Below, one piece after another: positions 25,776 through 35,283 of a stretch of DNA of 64,000 bases. The position numbers were made by a program, and so were the translations under genes. The stretch's first letter is position 1, and the number at the start of each line of letters is the position of its first letter. Origin of the DNA: an uncultured Eubacteriales bacterium (GTDB taxonomy: Bacteria > Bacillota > Clostridia > Oscillospirales > CAG-272); the NCBI GenBank assembly GCA_910586545.1, contig CAJUIQ010000001.1:156157-220156 (forward strand), written 5' to 3'. The notes below the pieces were generated by a model, which did no database searches, had not been told where the DNA came from, and saw only the letters and a program-made list of their open reading frames with translations.

Positions 25776-25930
25776 TTGACAAGCGGCCATCTATATGCTA
25801 TTCTACTATAAGAATCTTTAAGCAGGTACAGAGATACCGTCAAGATTTTTTTCATAAAGGACATGCCGCAAAGAAGTTTGTGGTTTTGTTTTATGCGGGA
25901 TGATCTTGCCGGGCAAGGTCATTTTTTATT
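25776..25930 (+). promoter_or_regulatory. pyr operon promoter and attenuator-type leader
   Basis: TTGACA-17-TATTCT, then hairpin 25813-25847 + T7 with apical GGTA-CAGAGA-TACC, then hairpin 25901-25920 + T6 directly before pyrC. Confidence 0.45.
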
Positions 25931-25980
25931 GTACGATGAATAATGAATAAAAATCGTACTGTTTTTGATAGGAGATCGGT

Positions 25981-27258
25981 GTGAAAATTGTATTCAAAAA
26001 TGCGGTTATTTATAAAAACGGCCGTATGACATCCGAAGATCTGTTTCTGTCGGACAAAATGGTTTCCGACCCTTTTCTCCGTCCCGATTTTGTTGTGGAT
26101 GCAGCGAAATATTGTATTTTCCCCGGGTTTGCTGATGTGCATGTGCATTTCAGAGAGCCCGGATTTTCTTATAAGGAAACCATCTCCTCAGGTACGGCGG
26201 CAGCGGCCAGAGGGGGGTATACCCGGGCGTGTACTATGCCCAATTTACATCCTGTTCCAGATAGCCGCACACATTTGGATACCCAGCTTGCCATCATAGA
26301 AAAAGATGCGAAAATCCGGGTGTATCCATATGGGGCGATTACGACAGAACAGAAGGGCGATGCGCTGGCTCCTATGGAAGAAATGGAAAAGGCCGTTGCC
26401 TTTTCCGACGACGGGCGGGGTGTGCAGTCTGCTGAAAGGATGGAAGCCGCGATGAAAAAAGCGGCGGCCCTGGATAAAATGATTGCGGCGCACTGTGAGG
26501 ATGAATCTCTGCTCCACGGCGGATACATACACGACGGGGTCTATGCCGCGGCTCACGGACATAAAGGCATCTGCTCCCAGTCGGAATGGGGCCCGATTCA
26601 GCGGGATCTGGCGCTGGCGGAGAAAACCGGATGCGCCTATCATGTTTGCCATATTTCCTGCGCAGAGAGTGTAGCGTTGATCCGACAGGCAAAGAAACGG
26701 GGGATAAATGTGACCTGTGAGACGGCTCCCCATTATCTAACCTTGTGCGAGGAAGACATCCAGGAGGACGGCAGATTTAAAATGAATCCACCTCTGCGAA
26801 GCAGGGCGGATCGGGAAGCCTTAGTGCAGGGACTTTTGGATGGTACCATTGATATGATTGCTACGGATCACGCGCCGCACACGGCAGAGGAAAAAGGGAG
26901 AGGCCTGGCAGGCAGCCTTATGGGTGTCGTAGGGCTGGAAACCGCTTTTCCTGTACTATACACGCACCTTGTAAAGACCGGCATTTTGCCGCTGGAACGG
27001 TTGATACAGCTGTTGAGCGATAACCCCTGTCGTCGATTTGGCTTGGGAGCGTGCGATATACGTCCGGGGATGTGGGCAGATTTCACAGTGTTTGACCTGG
27101 AAGCGGCGTACACGGTAGACCCGGATACGTTTTTGACCATGGGCCGTGCCACGCCGTTTGCGGGAGCACAGGTGTGGGGCAGGTGCTTACTTACCGTATG
27201 CGACGGACGTATCGCCTGGCGGGATCCGGCAGCCGATACAATGCCGCAGACATTGTAA
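25981..27258 (+). CDS. pyrC: dihydroorotase
   Basis: GFADVHVHFREPG metal motif, DHAPH. GTG start after GGAGAT. Confidence 0.9.
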   Translation: MKIVFKNAVIYKNGRMTSEDLFLSDKMVSDPFLRPDFVVDAAKYCIFPGFADVHVHFREPGFSYKETISSGTAAAARGGYTRACTMPNLHPVPDSRTHLDTQLAIIEKDAKIRVYPYGAITTEQKGDALAPMEEMEKAVAFSDDGRGVQSAERMEAAMKKAAALDKMIAAHCEDESLLHGGYIHDGVYAAAHGHKGICSQSEWGPIQRDLALAEKTGCAYHVCHISCAESVALIRQAKKRGINVTCETAPHYLTLCEEDIQEDGRFKMNPPLRSRADREALVQGLLDGTIDMIATDHAPHTAEEKGRGLAGSLMGVVGLETAFPVLYTHLVKTGILPLERLIQLLSDNPCRRFGLGACDIRPGMWADFTVFDLEAAYTVDPDTFLTMGRATPFAGAQVWGRCLLTVCDGRIAWRDPAADTMPQTL

Positions 27259-27431
27259 TAAGGAGAAATGACAGTGTGAAAATAACGTGGGCTGAACCTT
27301 GTAGTGAACGTATTTCACACCCAAAATCAGCTTAGAAATGGGACCCCACCCCATTTCTGCCGTCTTCGTCGGCACAGGCTGATTTTCAGGAACAATTTGT
27401 GCCGCCGCAGGGCGGCGGAATGGAGTTTACA

Positions 27432-28172
27432 ATGAAACAAGGTATATTCCGTATTAGAGAAAACATACAGATTGCGCCGGACATGTATGAGATGGCTTTG
27501 GAAGGTGATATCAGCGCCGTTACCAACCCGGGGCAGTTTGTCAATATCGCCCTGGATGGATTTTACCTGCGGCGGCCCCTGTCTGTTCATGATGTGGATC
27601 CGGCATTGGGCGTTTTGCGGGTGATCTATAAAGCGGTAGGTCGTGGCACCGAAGTTTTGGCCGGTATGGGCGTCGGAGAGACGCTGGACATGCTTACAGG
27701 GCTTGGCAACGGATTTGACATCCATAAGGCCGGAGAAAACACCTTAGTGATCGGCGGAGGGGCTGGCGCGCCTCCTATGTATTGGACAGCTAAGGCCTTG
27801 CGGGATTCTGGCAGAAAGGTAACGGCTGTTCTGGGTTTTAACACAGCAGAGGAGGTAATTCTGCAGCAGAAATTTGCAGACGCCGGGATTCCTGTGGTGA
27901 TTACCACGGCGGACGGCAGTCTGGGCACAAAGGGGTTTGTCACAGCGGCGTTGGCAGAGCTGCCTGCTCCGAATTATACTTTTTCCTGCGGACCAGAGCC
28001 TATGCTGCGTGCAGTATACGATGCGCTGTCCAGCGACGGTCAGTTCAGCTTTGAAGAGCGAATGGGCTGCGGCTTTGGCGCTTGCATGGGCTGCAGCTGC
28101 AAGACGAAATACGGCACGAAGCGGATTTGTAAAGACGGTCCGGTACTGGAAAAGGAGGAGATTCAGTGGTAA
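27432..28172 (+). CDS. pyrK: dihydroorotate dehydrogenase electron-transfer subunit
   Basis: FAD/NAD-binding fold (RRPLSV), C-terminal 2Fe-2S Cys cluster CGFGACMGCSC. Start set at the ATG 7 nt after GGAG. Confidence 0.85.
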   Translation: MKQGIFRIRENIQIAPDMYEMALEGDISAVTNPGQFVNIALDGFYLRRPLSVHDVDPALGVLRVIYKAVGRGTEVLAGMGVGETLDMLTGLGNGFDIHKAGENTLVIGGGAGAPPMYWTAKALRDSGRKVTAVLGFNTAEEVILQQKFADAGIPVVITTADGSLGTKGFVTAALAELPAPNYTFSCGPEPMLRAVYDALSSDGQFSFEERMGCGFGACMGCSCKTKYGTKRICKDGPVLEKEEIQW

Positions 28173-29077
28173 ACCTGCAAACGACGCTGTCCGGCATTGT
28201 GCTGGACAATCCGGTCATTCCGGCAAGCGGAACGTTCGGATTCGGGGAAGAATTTGCCCCTCTGTATGACTTGAATATATTGGGGTCTATTTCTGTTAAG
28301 GGAACGACACAGGAACCCCGTTTCGGCAATCCTACCCCTCGTATCGCAGAATGTACCGCGGGACTGATCAATTCAGTAGGCCTGCAGAATCCTGGGGTGG
28401 AGAAGGTGGTAACAGAAGAACTGCCGCGCCTGGCCGCGCACTTTCAAAAGCCTGTGATCGCCAACATCAGCGGTTTTTCTATTGAGGAATATGCCGCCTG
28501 CGCGGCGCAAGTGGACGCGGCGGAGCAGGTGGGAATTATTGAAGTCAATGTAAGCTGTCCGAATGTCCACGGAGGCGGGATCAGCTTTGGAACAGATCCG
28601 TCCGCCGCCGCTGCCGTTACAAAGGCTGTAAAGGCAGTGACGAAAAAGCCGGTATATATTAAGCTTACCCCTAACGTGACAGATATTGTGTCCATTGCAA
28701 AGGCCTGTGAGGATGCGGGCGCTGATGGCCTCGCACTGATCAACACCCTTTTGGGGATGCGAATCGATTTGAAAAGGAAAAAGCCGGTGATTGCCAATAA
28801 AATGGGGGGATTTTCCGGCCCGGCTATTTTTCCGGTGGCGCTGCGGATGGTGTATCAGGTGTACGAGGCGGTACAAATCCCTATTATCGGTATGGGCGGA
28901 GTGTCCACGGCGGACGACGTAATTGAGATGATGCTGGCGGGCGCCGCGGCAGTGCAGGTTGGCGCCGCTAACTTAGTGAACCCCTGGGCGTGCCGGGATA
29001 TTATCCGGGATTTGCCTTTGCGGGCAGAACACTATGGAATTCAGGCTCTTTCCGATATCATCGGCGGGGCGCATTGA
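28166..29077 (+). CDS. pyrD: dihydroorotate dehydrogenase 1B catalytic subunit
   Basis: NPVIPASGTFGFG, NVSCPN and GGVSTADD motifs. GTG start overlaps the pyrK stop. Confidence 0.9.
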   Translation: MVNLQTTLSGIVLDNPVIPASGTFGFGEEFAPLYDLNILGSISVKGTTQEPRFGNPTPRIAECTAGLINSVGLQNPGVEKVVTEELPRLAAHFQKPVIANISGFSIEEYAACAAQVDAAEQVGIIEVNVSCPNVHGGGISFGTDPSAAAAVTKAVKAVTKKPVYIKLTPNVTDIVSIAKACEDAGADGLALINTLLGMRIDLKRKKPVIANKMGGFSGPAIFPVALRMVYQVYEAVQIPIIGMGGVSTADDVIEMMLAGAAAVQVGAANLVNPWACRDIIRDLPLRAEHYGIQALSDIIGGAH

Positions 29078-29108
29078 ATCGATAATACGAAGAAAGGTAA
29101 AAATAATT

Positions 29109-29813
29109 ATGGGAAAAGACGTAATTGTTGCATGCGACTTTGCCAGCGCGGAGGCGTATACTGCATTTTTGGATCGGTTTGCTGGAGAGACACGGAGGCC
29201 CTTTGTAAAAATCGGTATGGAGCTGTTTTACGCTGCCGGGCCGGATATCATCCGTATAACGAAGGAGAGAGGGCATAAGATTTTTCTGGATCTCAAGCTC
29301 CATGATATTCCAAACACGGTAGAAAAGGCTATGGCGGTTCTGTCACGGCTTGGAGTGGATATGTGCAACTTGCACGCCGCCGGTGCTATCCCCATGATGG
29401 AGGGGGCGCTGCGGGGACTTTCCTCCGGCGGCGGCCCGCGTCCGATTCTCCTTGCGGTCACGCAGCTGACCTCCACCAGTCAGGAAGTGATGGAGCGGGA
29501 TCTGCATATCCACGAGCCGATTGAAGAAGTCGTTTGTTCCTATGCGAAGAATGCGCAGACGGCCGGTCTGGACGGAGTTGTTTGTTCTCCTCTGGAAGCA
29601 GGCATGGTCAAAGCGCGCTGCGGCTCCGCTTTTCTTACCGTAACCCCTGGCGTTCGTTTCGCAGATGGAGATAAAGGCGACCAGTCCCGGGTGACCACAC
29701 CGGAACGGGCAAAAGAGATAGGCAGCGACTATATTGTGGTGGGACGGCCCATCACGGCGGCAGAGGATCCGGTGGCTGCATACAAGCGATGCGTGGCAGA
29801 ATTTTGTGACTGA
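29109..29813 (+). CDS. pyrF: orotidine 5'-phosphate decarboxylase
   Basis: VACDF..., DLKLHDIPNT and IVVGRPI motifs. Confidence 0.9.
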   Translation: MGKDVIVACDFASAEAYTAFLDRFAGETRRPFVKIGMELFYAAGPDIIRITKERGHKIFLDLKLHDIPNTVEKAMAVLSRLGVDMCNLHAAGAIPMMEGALRGLSSGGGPRPILLAVTQLTSTSQEVMERDLHIHEPIEEVVCSYAKNAQTAGLDGVVCSPLEAGMVKARCGSAFLTVTPGVRFADGDKGDQSRVTTPERAKEIGSDYIVVGRPITAAEDPVAAYKRCVAEFCD

Positions 29814-29826
29814 GAGAAAGGATGAT

Positions 29827-30468
29827 ATGAATATGAATACAGAAATGCAGATTGCAAAGGCACTGTTGGATATCAAGGCGGTATTTTTTCGTCCCGACCA
29901 GCCGTTTACTTGGGCCAGCGGTATCAAAAGCCCTGTTTACTGTGACAACCGATTGATTTTGACAGCCCCCGCCGTGCGTACCCTTGTGGAGGGCGCTATT
30001 GCGCAGGCAGTGAAAGATCATTATCCGGATGCGGAGGTATTGATGGGAACCAGCACGGCGGGCATCGCTCATGCAGCCATTGCGGCCCATATGCTGGAGC
30101 TTCCCATGGGATATGTACGGGGAGGCAATAAGGATCACGGCAGGCAAAACCGGATCGAGGGTAAGCTGGAGGCAGGCCAGAAAGTGGTGGTCATTGAAGA
30201 TTTGATTTCTACCGGCGGCAGTGTAATCGATGTGGTAGAGGCTCTGCGGGAGGCCGGCGCACAGGTGCTGGGCGTGGTAAGCATCTTTACATATGGCATG
30301 CAGAAAGGACTGGAGCGGCTGCAGGCAGCGCAGGTGGAAAATCACAGCCTGACTTGCTTTGACGCCGTAGCCCAGGCTGCAGGAGAAAACGGATATATTG
30401 CTATGGAGGACATTGCGCGTTTGCTGCAATTCCGGGACAATCCTTCCGACGAGAGCTGGATGAAGTAA
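29827..30468 (+). CDS. pyrE: orotate phosphoribosyltransferase
   Basis: FTWASGIKSPVYCDNR and PRPP loop VVVIEDLISTGGS. Confidence 0.9.
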   Translation: MNMNTEMQIAKALLDIKAVFFRPDQPFTWASGIKSPVYCDNRLILTAPAVRTLVEGAIAQAVKDHYPDAEVLMGTSTAGIAHAAIAAHMLELPMGYVRGGNKDHGRQNRIEGKLEAGQKVVVIEDLISTGGSVIDVVEALREAGAQVLGVVSIFTYGMQKGLERLQAAQVENHSLTCFDAVAQAAGENGYIAMEDIARLLQFRDNPSDESWMK

Positions 30469-30495
30469 AAAAGAGCCATAGAAAGGGAGCGTTGT

Positions 30496-31410
30496 ATGAG
30501 AAGTCTCATTGGAATTCTAGACCTTTCCACTAAAGAAATTGACGATTTAATCCACACTGCCCAGGATATTATTGCCCATCCAGAGGCATATCGGGAAAAG
30601 TGTAAGGGTAAAAAACTTGCCACCCTGTTTTTTGAGCCTTCCACCCGTACCCGTTTGTCTTTTGAAGCGGCTATGTATGAGCTTGGGGGCAATGTACTGG
30701 GCTTTTCGGAAGCAAGCAGTTCTTCTGTTGCCAAGGGGGAAAGCGTAGCTGATACCATCCGTACGGTGAACTGCTATGCGGACATTATTGCTATGCGCCA
30801 TCCAAAGGAAGGAGCGCCGCTGGTGGCGTCTGTGAAAAGTCAGGTGCCTATTATCAACGCGGGAGACGGCGGCCATAACCATCCGACCCAGACTCTAACC
30901 GATTTGCTCACCATCTATCGTGAGAAAGGACGGCTGCAGGATCTCACCGTAGGTTTTTGCGGGGATCTCAAATTCGGCCGGACTGTGCACTCCTTAATCG
31001 AGGCACTTTCCCGGTACAGCGGAATCCGAATTGTTTTGATCTCTCCTGATGAGCTGCGGCTGCCGGAATATATGCAGAATAAACTGAGCGCGCTGGAGAA
31101 CGTCACCTTCACGGAGACAAAGGATTTGGAAGAGGCAATTCCTCAACTGGATATCCTATATATGACCCGAGTGCAGAAGGAACGGTTTTTCAACGAGGCG
31201 GATTATATCCGACTGAAAGACAGCTACATTCTCACGCCGGAAAAGTTGGCGGGGGCAAAGGCGGATATGTCTATCCTGCATCCACTGCCTAGAGTCAACG
31301 AAATTTCCGTAGAGGTAGACGACGATCCACGGGCATGCTATTTTCGGCAGGCGCTCAACGGCAAATTTATTCGCATGGCGCTGATGCTTATGCTTTTGGA
31401 AATCCAATGA
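30496..31410 (+). CDS. pyrB: aspartate carbamoyltransferase catalytic subunit
   Basis: FFEPSTRTR and HPLPR motifs. Confidence 0.92.
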   Translation: MRSLIGILDLSTKEIDDLIHTAQDIIAHPEAYREKCKGKKLATLFFEPSTRTRLSFEAAMYELGGNVLGFSEASSSSVAKGESVADTIRTVNCYADIIAMRHPKEGAPLVASVKSQVPIINAGDGGHNHPTQTLTDLLTIYREKGRLQDLTVGFCGDLKFGRTVHSLIEALSRYSGIRIVLISPDELRLPEYMQNKLSALENVTFTETKDLEEAIPQLDILYMTRVQKERFFNEADYIRLKDSYILTPEKLAGAKADMSILHPLPRVNEISVEVDDDPRACYFRQALNGKFIRMALMLMLLEIQ

Positions 31411-31433
31411 GACAGGGAAGGGAGAAAGTAGAG

Positions 31434-31850
31434 ATGCTGGTCAATCCTATAAAAAATGGAACGGTACTGGATCATATCACGGCAGGACGTGGAATGGAGC
31501 TGTATCGGATTTTAAAGCTCAACGAACTGGAATGTCCCGTTGCAATTATTACCAACGCCTACAGCCTGAAAATGGATCGCAAGGATATTATAAAAATTGA
31601 CGGAGAGGCGCCGCTGGATTTAAATGTGATTGGATATGTGGATCCGGGGGTGACGGTGAGTACGATTCGAGACGGGGATGTAGCGCAGCGAATTCATTTA
31701 AAGCTGCCCCAGCAGATCACCGGGGTGATTCGATGCAAGAACCCTCGCTGCATCACTTCTGTGGAGCAGGAGCTTCCGCATACGTTTCGGCTGGATGATC
31801 CCGAGACGCGTGTATACCGGTGTATTTATTGCGAGTCCCGAGCAAAATGA
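31434..31850 (+). CDS. pyrI: aspartate carbamoyltransferase regulatory subunit
   Basis: IKNGTVLDHI N-terminal domain and C-terminal Zn motif CKNPRC...YRCIYC. Confidence 0.88.
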   Translation: MLVNPIKNGTVLDHITAGRGMELYRILKLNELECPVAIITNAYSLKMDRKDIIKIDGEAPLDLNVIGYVDPGVTVSTIRDGDVAQRIHLKLPQQITGVIRCKNPRCITSVEQELPHTFRLDDPETRVYRCIYCESRAK

Positions 31851-31938
31851 AAAAGAAATAAGGGCGCCCGTATCATATGCGATATTTTGGCATATACTAC
31901 GTTTGTACGGGTTCATCCCGTAAGGTCATTTTGACGAA

Positions 31939-31986
31939 GCCGCCGCAGACTGCTGACCCCGTAGGGGCAGCCTGCAGCGGCTTTTT
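31939..31986 (+). terminator. intrinsic terminator of the pyr operon
   Basis: Long imperfect GC-rich hairpin GCCGCCGCAG...CTGCAGCGGC followed by T5. Confidence 0.6.
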
Positions 31987-32190
31987 GTATAGTTTTTTAT
32001 GGAATATAATGGACAAGCTTTTCCCGTGTATATTTCCAAACAGTTTTCAACAACCTGCAGCAGGAAAAAGTCCTTTCAGGGATACATTTCCACAGACTTT
32101 TCCACAGGCTGTGGATTGTTTGAACACAGAAACAAATAAATGTAAGGATATTCACATTTTATTAAAAATACACAATATACCCAGGAGCAA

Positions 32191-32219
32191 TTGACAGACG
32201 GACACGCCTATGATAGAAT
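32191..32219 (+). promoter_or_regulatory. sigma-A promoter of the GH20 gene
   Basis: TTGACA-17 nt-TAGAAT, about 48 nt upstream of the ATG at 32268. Confidence 0.55.
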
Positions 32220-32267
32220 GAACCAAGATTAGTATGTATTTTAAAACAGTTTGGAAGGATCAAAACA

Positions 32268-33737
32268 ATGGCAATGCTTACAAAAGTAATCCCCTCTCCC
32301 AAGGGTTTTTGCGGAGAAGAATCTGAATACTGCTTTGCGCCAAATCTTTTTTTCGGCGAGTATGAGGAGCCGGCTGAGACCTTTGCCGCTTATGCAAAAA
32401 AAGGCCTGGATTTGGAAATATCCCTGGCTGCTTCTCCGACAGCCGATGCAGAAGGAATCTATCTTGTCACAGATATCTCCTATGCCAAAGGAGAATATAA
32501 GCTGACAGCAGGAGAGGATGGCAAGATTCTTCTGCGGGCAGCAGACAGAGAAGGAATTCGATATGGCCTTGCTACCCTCTTTCAGATGACGAAAAATATC
32601 CAGGGTAAGCTGCAGATGCAAAGGGGTACCGTGTGGGATCAGCCGGATTCTTCCTATAGAGGACTGATGATCGACTGTGCCCGCAGTCGTCACGCCTTGC
32701 CGCTGCTCTTAGAATATATAGACATGTGCTGGCTGTATAAGGTGAAATACCTGCAGCTCCATTTTTCCGACGACGAGGCATATACGCTGCCTTCTAAGGT
32801 GTTTCCGGAGGCTACCAGTCCAGACAGATGCTATACCTATGCCGAAATTGAAACGCTGCGAGCCTATGCGCGGTCCAGAGATGTGGAGCTTGTTCCGGAA
32901 ATCGACGCGCCTGGCCATGCTACATATCTGCAGCAGAAATACCCTGCAGTTTTCGGGGACAAAGGCATTATTTGTTTCCATGAAAATACCATTGAAGCGA
33001 TGCAGGGCCTGTATCGGGAGCTGTGCGAATTGTTCCCCGAGTCTCAGTATATCCATATTGGTGGAGACGAAGGACGTATGGGCTGGTGGCTGGATTGCGA
33101 CGAATGTATTCAGTATGGTCGTTCTCTGGGATATAAAGAAGAAAACGAAGCACCGGGCATTCCGGGCAGGGAATATGTTATGCTCCAGTATTTGGGCCAC
33201 TTTATTTCCAAAATGGCGCAGGCGGTATTGGATTGCGGTAAAAAGCCCATTGTGTGGGAAGGCTTTTCCAAGTATGTGAATGACATGATCCCAAAGGACG
33301 TCACCGTTATGGTATGGGACGGAAGCTTCCAAGATGCGCAGTCTCTTCTGCAAAGCGGATTTTCCATTATCAACTGTTCCTGGATTCCAAATTATATTGT
33401 AACCCCTACATGGTACTACGGCACGCGGGAGTGTTATGACTGGGATGTATATTCTTTTGGCTCTATTTCGGAACACTCCGCTTACTACCAAAATACGACC
33501 CGAATTTATCCCACAAATGCGGTTTTGGGCGGACAGCTCCATGCCTGGGGGGATACGGTAGAAAAGGCATTCCCTTCTCTGGAGGCGGGGCTTTCCGACG
33601 AACAAATGAAAATTCGGCAGCGGCTGCCGTATGTTATGGAAAATACCTGGAACCTGGATAAGCAGCGCAGCTTTGATCAGGTGCAGGAAGCGGCTGCGGC
33701 AGCAGACGATTTATGTGGGAGAATTCTGGGAAAATAA
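32268..33737 (+). CDS. glycoside hydrolase family 20 beta-N-acetylhexosaminidase (intracellular; no signal peptide)
   Basis: RGLMIDCARS, LQLHFSDDE, EIDAPGHA and HIGGDE catalytic block. Confidence 0.82.
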   Translation: MAMLTKVIPSPKGFCGEESEYCFAPNLFFGEYEEPAETFAAYAKKGLDLEISLAASPTADAEGIYLVTDISYAKGEYKLTAGEDGKILLRAADREGIRYGLATLFQMTKNIQGKLQMQRGTVWDQPDSSYRGLMIDCARSRHALPLLLEYIDMCWLYKVKYLQLHFSDDEAYTLPSKVFPEATSPDRCYTYAEIETLRAYARSRDVELVPEIDAPGHATYLQQKYPAVFGDKGIICFHENTIEAMQGLYRELCELFPESQYIHIGGDEGRMGWWLDCDECIQYGRSLGYKEENEAPGIPGREYVMLQYLGHFISKMAQAVLDCGKKPIVWEGFSKYVNDMIPKDVTVMVWDGSFQDAQSLLQSGFSIINCSWIPNYIVTPTWYYGTRECYDWDVYSFGSISEHSAYYQNTTRIYPTNAVLGGQLHAWGDTVEKAFPSLEAGLSDEQMKIRQRLPYVMENTWNLDKQRSFDQVQEAAAAADDLCGRILGK

Positions 33738-33767
33738 GCGCTGTACTTACGCAGAAAGAGAGTACCT

Positions 33768-34748
33768 ATGTCTGCAAAAGAAAAGATTTTAGAAATTTTG
33801 GAAGAAAACCGAGGGGGGTACGTGTCCGGAGAGTTTCTGGCCGCACAGGTGCAGATTTCCCGGGCCGCAGTGTGGAAAGCGATTACTGCCTTGCGTGGCC
33901 AGGGATATGATATCCAAGGCGTAACAAAGCTGGGGTATGCCCTTGCAGAGGATACTGACCGGCTTACCGCAGCGGGAATTGGCGCGTGCCTTTCTCCCGT
34001 TTTGCGGGAACAGCTTTCCATCCTTTCTTATGAAACATTGGATTCTACCAACAATGAGGCCAAACGGCTGCTGACAGCGGATGGGCTTGACGACGGCAAG
34101 ATGCTTCTGATTACCGCTGAACAGCAAACCGCCGGCAGGGGCCGACTGGGACGCAGCTTTTATTCTCCTCTAGGTACTGGTATCTATATGAGTTTTGTTT
34201 TTACCGCGTCTGCGTCGCTGGCGGATGCGGTGGGCATTACCGGAGCCGCGGCAGTTTCAGTGGTTCAAGCAATTCGCCGCCTAACCGGAAAGGAGCCCCA
34301 GATCAAGTGGGTAAACGATATTTTTTTGGAAGGCAAGAAAATCTGCGGTATTTTGACAGAAGCGGTCACCAGCCTGGAAAACAGCCGGGCGCAGCAAATT
34401 GTTGTGGGTATTGGTATTAACTGCGCCACGGCGGATTTCCCGAAAGAGGTGGCGGCGGTTGCAGGATCTCTGGGTGCGGACAGCGTACGCCGGTGTGCTT
34501 TATGTGCAGCCGTAGTAGAAGCGCTTTGCGGCTTTATTGGGCAGCTTGGGGAGCGTTCCTGGATGGAGGAGTATAGGGCCGCATCTCTGGTACTTGGCAG
34601 GGAGATTTTGTGTATACAGGGAGAAAATACCTTTTTAGCGGTAGCAGAGGCAATTGACGATGACGGGGGCCTGGTGGTGCGCTGTACGGATGGTTCTTCC
34701 AAGACGCTGCATTCCGGAGAAATCAGCGTGCGTCTTACAGGCAAGTAA
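33768..34748 (+). CDS. birA: bifunctional biotin-protein ligase / biotin operon repressor
   Basis: N-terminal wHTH, QTAGRGRLGRSFYSP and KWVNDI motifs. Confidence 0.9.
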   Translation: MSAKEKILEILEENRGGYVSGEFLAAQVQISRAAVWKAITALRGQGYDIQGVTKLGYALAEDTDRLTAAGIGACLSPVLREQLSILSYETLDSTNNEAKRLLTADGLDDGKMLLITAEQQTAGRGRLGRSFYSPLGTGIYMSFVFTASASLADAVGITGAAAVSVVQAIRRLTGKEPQIKWVNDIFLEGKKICGILTEAVTSLENSRAQQIVVGIGINCATADFPKEVAAVAGSLGADSVRRCALCAAVVEALCGFIGQLGERSWMEEYRAASLVLGREILCIQGENTFLAVAEAIDDDGGLVVRCTDGSSKTLHSGEISVRLTGK

Positions 34749-34760
34749 GAACATAAGAAG

Positions 34761-34788
34761 AAAAACCGGCAGGATTTGCCGGTTTTTT
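34761..34788 (+). terminator. intrinsic terminator after birA
   Basis: Stem AACCGGCA / TGCCGGTT followed by T6. Confidence 0.75.
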
Positions 34789-34932
34789 ACATTTTTACTA
34801 AAAAAATAAATTCATTCACGAAAACAATTGCTAAAGTTCACAATCAATACTTACAGTTTTCATAAATAAATGGTAGTATGCTATTGGAAGGGTAAAAAGA
34901 CTTTTCCAAATAGACTACCAAATGGTAAGATT

Positions 34933-35214
34933 ATGGAGCTTTACATGGATACGTTAATAGATGAAGTAATACATAAACGCATTGAAGAAGCAGCGGCAGC
35001 GGGAGATATTGCACTGCTGCAAAAGCACCTTTCTGCAAACTATAACGAACAGGTGCACCGTGCCGTATATCAGGCCCTGGGCCGTATCGGCGGTTTGAAA
35101 AGTCTGCGGATTCTTGTGTCGGCAGCGGCGGGAGAAACATCGGATGAGACAAAGGGCGTGATTTTGGAAGCGCTGGCAGACGCTGTTTGCGCACGGACGC
35201 TTTTGCAGCAGTGA
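34933..35214 (+). CDS. small HEAT-repeat-like protein
   Basis: 93 aa, helical, with ..VHRAVYQALGRIGG...ILEALADA resembling HEAT/PBS-lyase repeats. The start is uncertain. Confidence 0.45.
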   Translation: MELYMDTLIDEVIHKRIEEAAAAGDIALLQKHLSANYNEQVHRAVYQALGRIGGLKSLRILVSAAAGETSDETKGVILEALADAVCARTLLQQ

Positions 35215-35283
35215 AAAAATAATCAATAAATCGTATTGCATTTTGCTGGTTTTGTGTTATACTATACATATACCGGAGAATAG

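Noticed and set aside
32709-33605. 298-aa minus-strand ORF opposite the GH20 gene, with similar antisense ORFs at 38279-39043, 43756-44343 and 57859-58587
   Set aside because: These are shadow ORFs. For example, 43756-44343 is F-rich only because it is the complement of the E/K-rich DivIVA tail.
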